A DNA stretch of 50,703 nucleotides, filler included, from Catajapyx aquilonaris (lineage: Eukaryota), in the NCBI GenBank assembly GCA_000934665.2. It is 3 parts of 3 records of this genome, joined end to end, with 100 filler letters (N's around TTAATTAATTAA, not from the genome) between each part and the next. Parts side by side here need not be neighbours in the genome. Positions count along the whole stretch, not along the records: positions 33,836 to 50,703 come from JYFJ02007098.1; 2 more parts are not named here. One strand, 5' to 3'. The number at the start of each line of letters is the position of its first letter. Position 1 is the stretch's first letter. This document shows positions 46,901 through 50,703 of the stretch, in pieces. Position numbers and translations under genes: made by a program. Under the pieces are notes generated by a model that had not been told where the DNA came from, did not search any database, and was given only the letters and a program-made list of their open reading frames with translations.

Positions 46901-49786
46901 CTACGTTCTATGCTTCATTCCAGCAGCTGAGGGGGGGAAGCGCTTCTTAAGCATTTCAAAGGCAAACGCGATGATTCCAGCTGCCAAGCCAAAGCCAAGT
47001 ATCATGAAGGGTCCCTGCAGGACTTCCAGTCCCAAGATTTTGGGGCCTTCTTCCATGTCCTGACCTGCAGCCAGACTTGACTTTTGCTTCACTGCCTCTA
47101 TTGTGTTGTGAAACTCCAACAGCTTTACGTAGAACCACATTATTCCTGAGCTTAAAAAGCGCGACAAAAATATAGTCATTGCCTGGATATAAACCGAATG
47201 TTTAGGAGAAACCATCATAAAGTACACTGTAAATTCTCTGGCACCGTCCGGGATGTAGAGAAGGGGGCTCTTTCCGTCTGCTGCCAGAAACATCTTGCTG
47301 TAAGACTTTATGAAACTGCTGACGGAGCAGCAAGAGGAGCGTTCTTGCCTCATAACCATTTCCAGACATGGCAATATGTCTTTAGTTGGTTCCATTTTTT
47401 TGGCCAAACGATCCAGGATGTCACCCTGCAATTGGAGTCGGTACACGTACGCCTCCAGAAGTACCAGGTGAGCATACACGGCATAAACCCTGTAATTTTG
47501 TGCGGGATCAAGCACTTCCGGAAACGTTTCCGGGACAGTGTTCTTCGGTGGAATGGTGATGAGAGAAAAGAGGAGTGTCTGGTAGCAGGAAGATATGATG
47601 ACCACGAAGCACATCCAGGAGAGGACAATCGAGCGAAGGTTCATTCCGGGAGGCATCTCCTCGCACTGGTCAATGAGTGAGGCAGCCGTGTACTTCCAGA
47701 AGAAGAGAAGTGATTTCGGCCTGCTGTGTGATTTCCCTGGGACCTTAGATGACAATGTGGATATGGCCCACATGGCGAAACCACAAGTCAGGATGCAGGC
47801 CAAAATCAGGAGCCACAAAGTGCGGGAGAAAGTGAGAAACATTATTTTCCAAGAGTAAATGGGCTGGGGTTGGAGGACAGCAAAAGTTATGTAGTCAATT
47901 AAGAAAACATGACTTGTTTCGCTAAACTGACCGATGTCATGTTCGGGAAGGGGATAGAAAGTTCCATGAGCTTTTCCATAGACGACCTCCCCTATGGCCC
48001 CCTGGAAGGTTCCATTAGGCAGCCTTCCTGCAATCAACTCCGCCCCTGCCGAGTCCGGAACATATATCTCCACACGTGCGTTCAGGTGCTGGCCAAAGAC
48101 CACTGTGCAAACGGCGACGATATCTGAGACCTCTAATGTTTTTTCCTTCTCTGTAGCAGTTTCCAGATCAAACTCCACCAAGAAAGCCAACCGGAAGGTG
48201 GACCCGTGGAAATCTCTTGCGTAATCCAGGAACAGAGGCAATCCGGTGGCCTGCCCTGCCCCTGAATATGTTCCCAGAAACACGAGCTGAGGAGATCCTT
48301 CGTCGCAGAAGAAGCAGACGGAGAAGAGGGACAGGGCCAAGAGTCCTTTGTTGTCTCGCTGGACTAGGGCTGCCACCTGAAACCCACACAAAAATCATTT
48401 TGCAGCTAAACAAGAAACTGTTGGTCTTGGATGTTCTTGTTGACTCAAGCATAGCCTAAAATCCTAAATCCTCAACGTTTGAAAGGAATGAGGAAAAAAG
48501 ACTAAGCCAGCTTGTTATATAGTCCTTACCATTATTGCTATTCTACGAGATCGTAGAAGCTCTATAGTCTACACCATCATGGCAGTCTTGGTCCAACGAG
48601 ATTATAACTTGTGCACAATAGTATTATCGCTTGTTAGAGTAGTTATTGATATAGTTATAGACGTTAAGAAAATTTATGTCGGAATGAACATAATATATTA
48701 TGTGAAGGTCAGACCCATACATAAGTTATTTAATATCTATGGTCAGACCATACGCAGTGTGTTCCAAGTATCAAGGTCCTTTTAGTTACCGTACCAAAAA
48801 CTTGTCCTGCAATTGAAATTTTTGTGTAAGCTTTTTTTTTTTTGCGCACCGAGCGAGATGACCTATTAATTTTTCAGCTTGATTATACCTTGGTTTCAGC
48901 TGGGCCACACTTGGTAATAATAACTTGGCACCTAAATCAGGGAACAAAAAGCTATCGTTTATTGGAAATAAATATTTCACCTCGCTGGTTTTTAAATTAT
49001 TTTGCTTAGGATGACCAGTACGTCTTTAAAATGTACTTTTTAACTAACTGATCAGCCTCACTTATCAACTTGCAGGCTTGTTAAATCTATTATGTTTAGA
49101 ACATGGCTGTTACACAACTGCATACGTCCTGCATAACTCAACTATAATAATTTAGACGTAATTTTACTGCCACCTATAACTAGACCACTAATGTGCGACA
49201 TAATTAAGATAGAGATCACCACAAGGATGTAACGTTGAGATTTTACCTTGTAATGAAATACAGCTGCCGGGTCCTGCTGGAGCAGCTGGAAGAGTTCTTC
49301 CGGTTGCTGGACATCATAGACCCAGAGGACGAAGTAGTCGTAGACTGTGCTGGTGGAGGCGGAGGTGACCAGGTCGGAGGTCACGCTGACCAGGTTGCCC
49401 TTGCTGGCCACCACCAGGTGCAGGTTCCTCCTGCCCATCGACTCCAGCTTCGGGTCAGAAGAAAAAGGTTCGGTGGGCACCCGGGTGAAGGTGGGCTGGT
49501 GACCCTCTGGTGTTGCCCTGCATGACCCCAGCTGGTAGTTGCTGTGGGCATGGGCAAGGAGAGGTCGAAGGGTCATTGGTGGGATGGGGTCGCTCTGGTG
49601 GTGGGAGACGCGGAGGGCTACTTCCTCTTGTGATGCCCCAAGGACGTTGTCCAGGATGTCCAGGGTCATGATGGACACCAGATCAGAACCAGCCTCCATT
49701 TCTGATGGGCCAGATAGAATAGCCCTCGACCAACATGAGGAAAACGTGGCCAAGACAATCACGCACCCACTGAGTTCCATGTTCAT
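46901..49786 (-). CDS. Divergent ionotropic receptor (IR, iGluR-related chemoreceptor), 2 exons, about 671 aa
   Basis: Exons 49786-49247 (signal-peptide-like start) and 48376-46901, phase 0. S1 lobe NGTFQGAIGEVVYGKA, TM1 TFSRTLWLLILA, re-entrant loop, TM2 RSIVLSWMCFVVIISSCYQTLLFSLITIP, TM3 LGLEVLQGPFMILGFGLAAGIIAFAFE. Confidence 0.85.
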
Positions 49787-50238
49787 GCGGCCAATGGGAA
49801 TTTTTCGGAATGTAATCTCTACGTTGATGCAACTATTGCTAGTTCCTCTCCTTGTCCACATTTCGCAACATTCTGCTGCACCTTATGCTGTCCTGCGCAT
49901 TACATGTATTATTTAATGGGGCTCCTGCAACTCAGGACAGTCATGTTTACCCAAATTGGTCAATGGCTGAATTACAGTACGTACCCAACATTTTGCAACC
50001 AATTTTTCCCTTAGTACCTGTAAGTTTCGCTACTATCTTACAAAATAATGCTACATCACAATCCTCGTTTGGCATTCAAAAATGGATTCCTTATTCGGCG
50101 CATTTTGCATCGCGTGTTTTGTCAACGAGAGCATGCAGCTTTTCTTTTCGGTATCATGCCATGGGGATACACAATTTGTTCATCTGAAAAATTACCCTCT
50201 TAATGCTCTTATGCCACAGCATTGATTCGTATAGGGGT

Positions 50239-50694
50239 CCCTTACCGAAATTTTCTCTACCTCGCGGCGAGGTCGTCAGACGAGCTTATGGCCACCCAAC
50301 CGCATACTAGCGGTTGTTTCATTTCGCTATGTCGCGGGCGAAGTCGCGGCGAGGTGGCGGTGGCGAGGTAGTCGCGAGGTATACCCACCTCGCCACCCGA
50401 GGTAGTCGCGAGGTACCCACCTCGCGACCACCTCGCCAGCCAAGGTAGTCGCGAGGTACCCACCTGCCAGCCAAGGTAGTCGCGAGGTACCCACCTCGCC
50501 AGCCAAGGTAGTCGCGAGGTACCCACCTCGCCAGCCAAGGTAGTCGCGAGGTACCCACCTCGCCAGCCAAGGTAGTCGCGAGGTACCCACCTCGCCAGCC
50601 AAGGTACTCGCCAGCCAAGGTAGTCGCGAGGTACCCCCCTCGCGACCACCTCGCCACTATATTGATATTATATATAAATTAATTTCGGTAAGGG
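50239..50694. mobile_element. TIR element carrying an internal 32-bp tandem array
   Basis: CCCTTACCGAAATT / AATTTCGGTAAGGG termini. The unit cacctcgccagccaaggtagtcgcgaggtacc is repeated across about 50365-50655. Confidence 0.75.
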
Positions 50695-50703
50695 GACCTC
50701 GTC

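Noticed and set aside
50340..50655. CRISPR-like array, or the repetitive ORFs on the minus strand
   Set aside because: Units are contiguous with no unique spacers and the context is eukaryotic. The ORFs are a by-product of a stop-free 32-bp repeat.

Overview
Eukaryotic genomic DNA with spliceosomal introns, most likely from an arthropod (a Pelle kinase and a divergent ionotropic receptor point to an insect or other pancrustacean; the species cannot be identified from the sequence). The window is three contigs joined by artificial N44-TTAATTAATTAA-N44 linkers at 16823-16922 and 33736-33835. The first 33.7 kb is rich in transposons and holds three genes with long introns: a NEK2-derived gene with degenerate catalytic motifs (-), myotrophin (+, last exon not found) and LYPLAL1 (-). 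Their introns contain nested MITEs, SINEs, Helitron, mariner, P and hAT relics. The last 17 kb is gene-dense with short introns: pelle (-, cut by the gap), RpL29 (+), PNPLA8/iPLA2-gamma (-), RPAP3/spaghetti (-), a short TRAIP-like RING-H2 gene (-), a 4-finger C2H2 gene (-) and a divergent ionotropic receptor (-). The most notable observation is an intact, four-exon NEK2 pseudokinase that keeps its coiled coil, PP1-docking motif and KEN box. Also notable are several foldback transposons built from two copies of one element end. Exon boundaries were read by eye from GT-AG sites and phase continuity; family assignments rest on remembered motifs, not on database searches.
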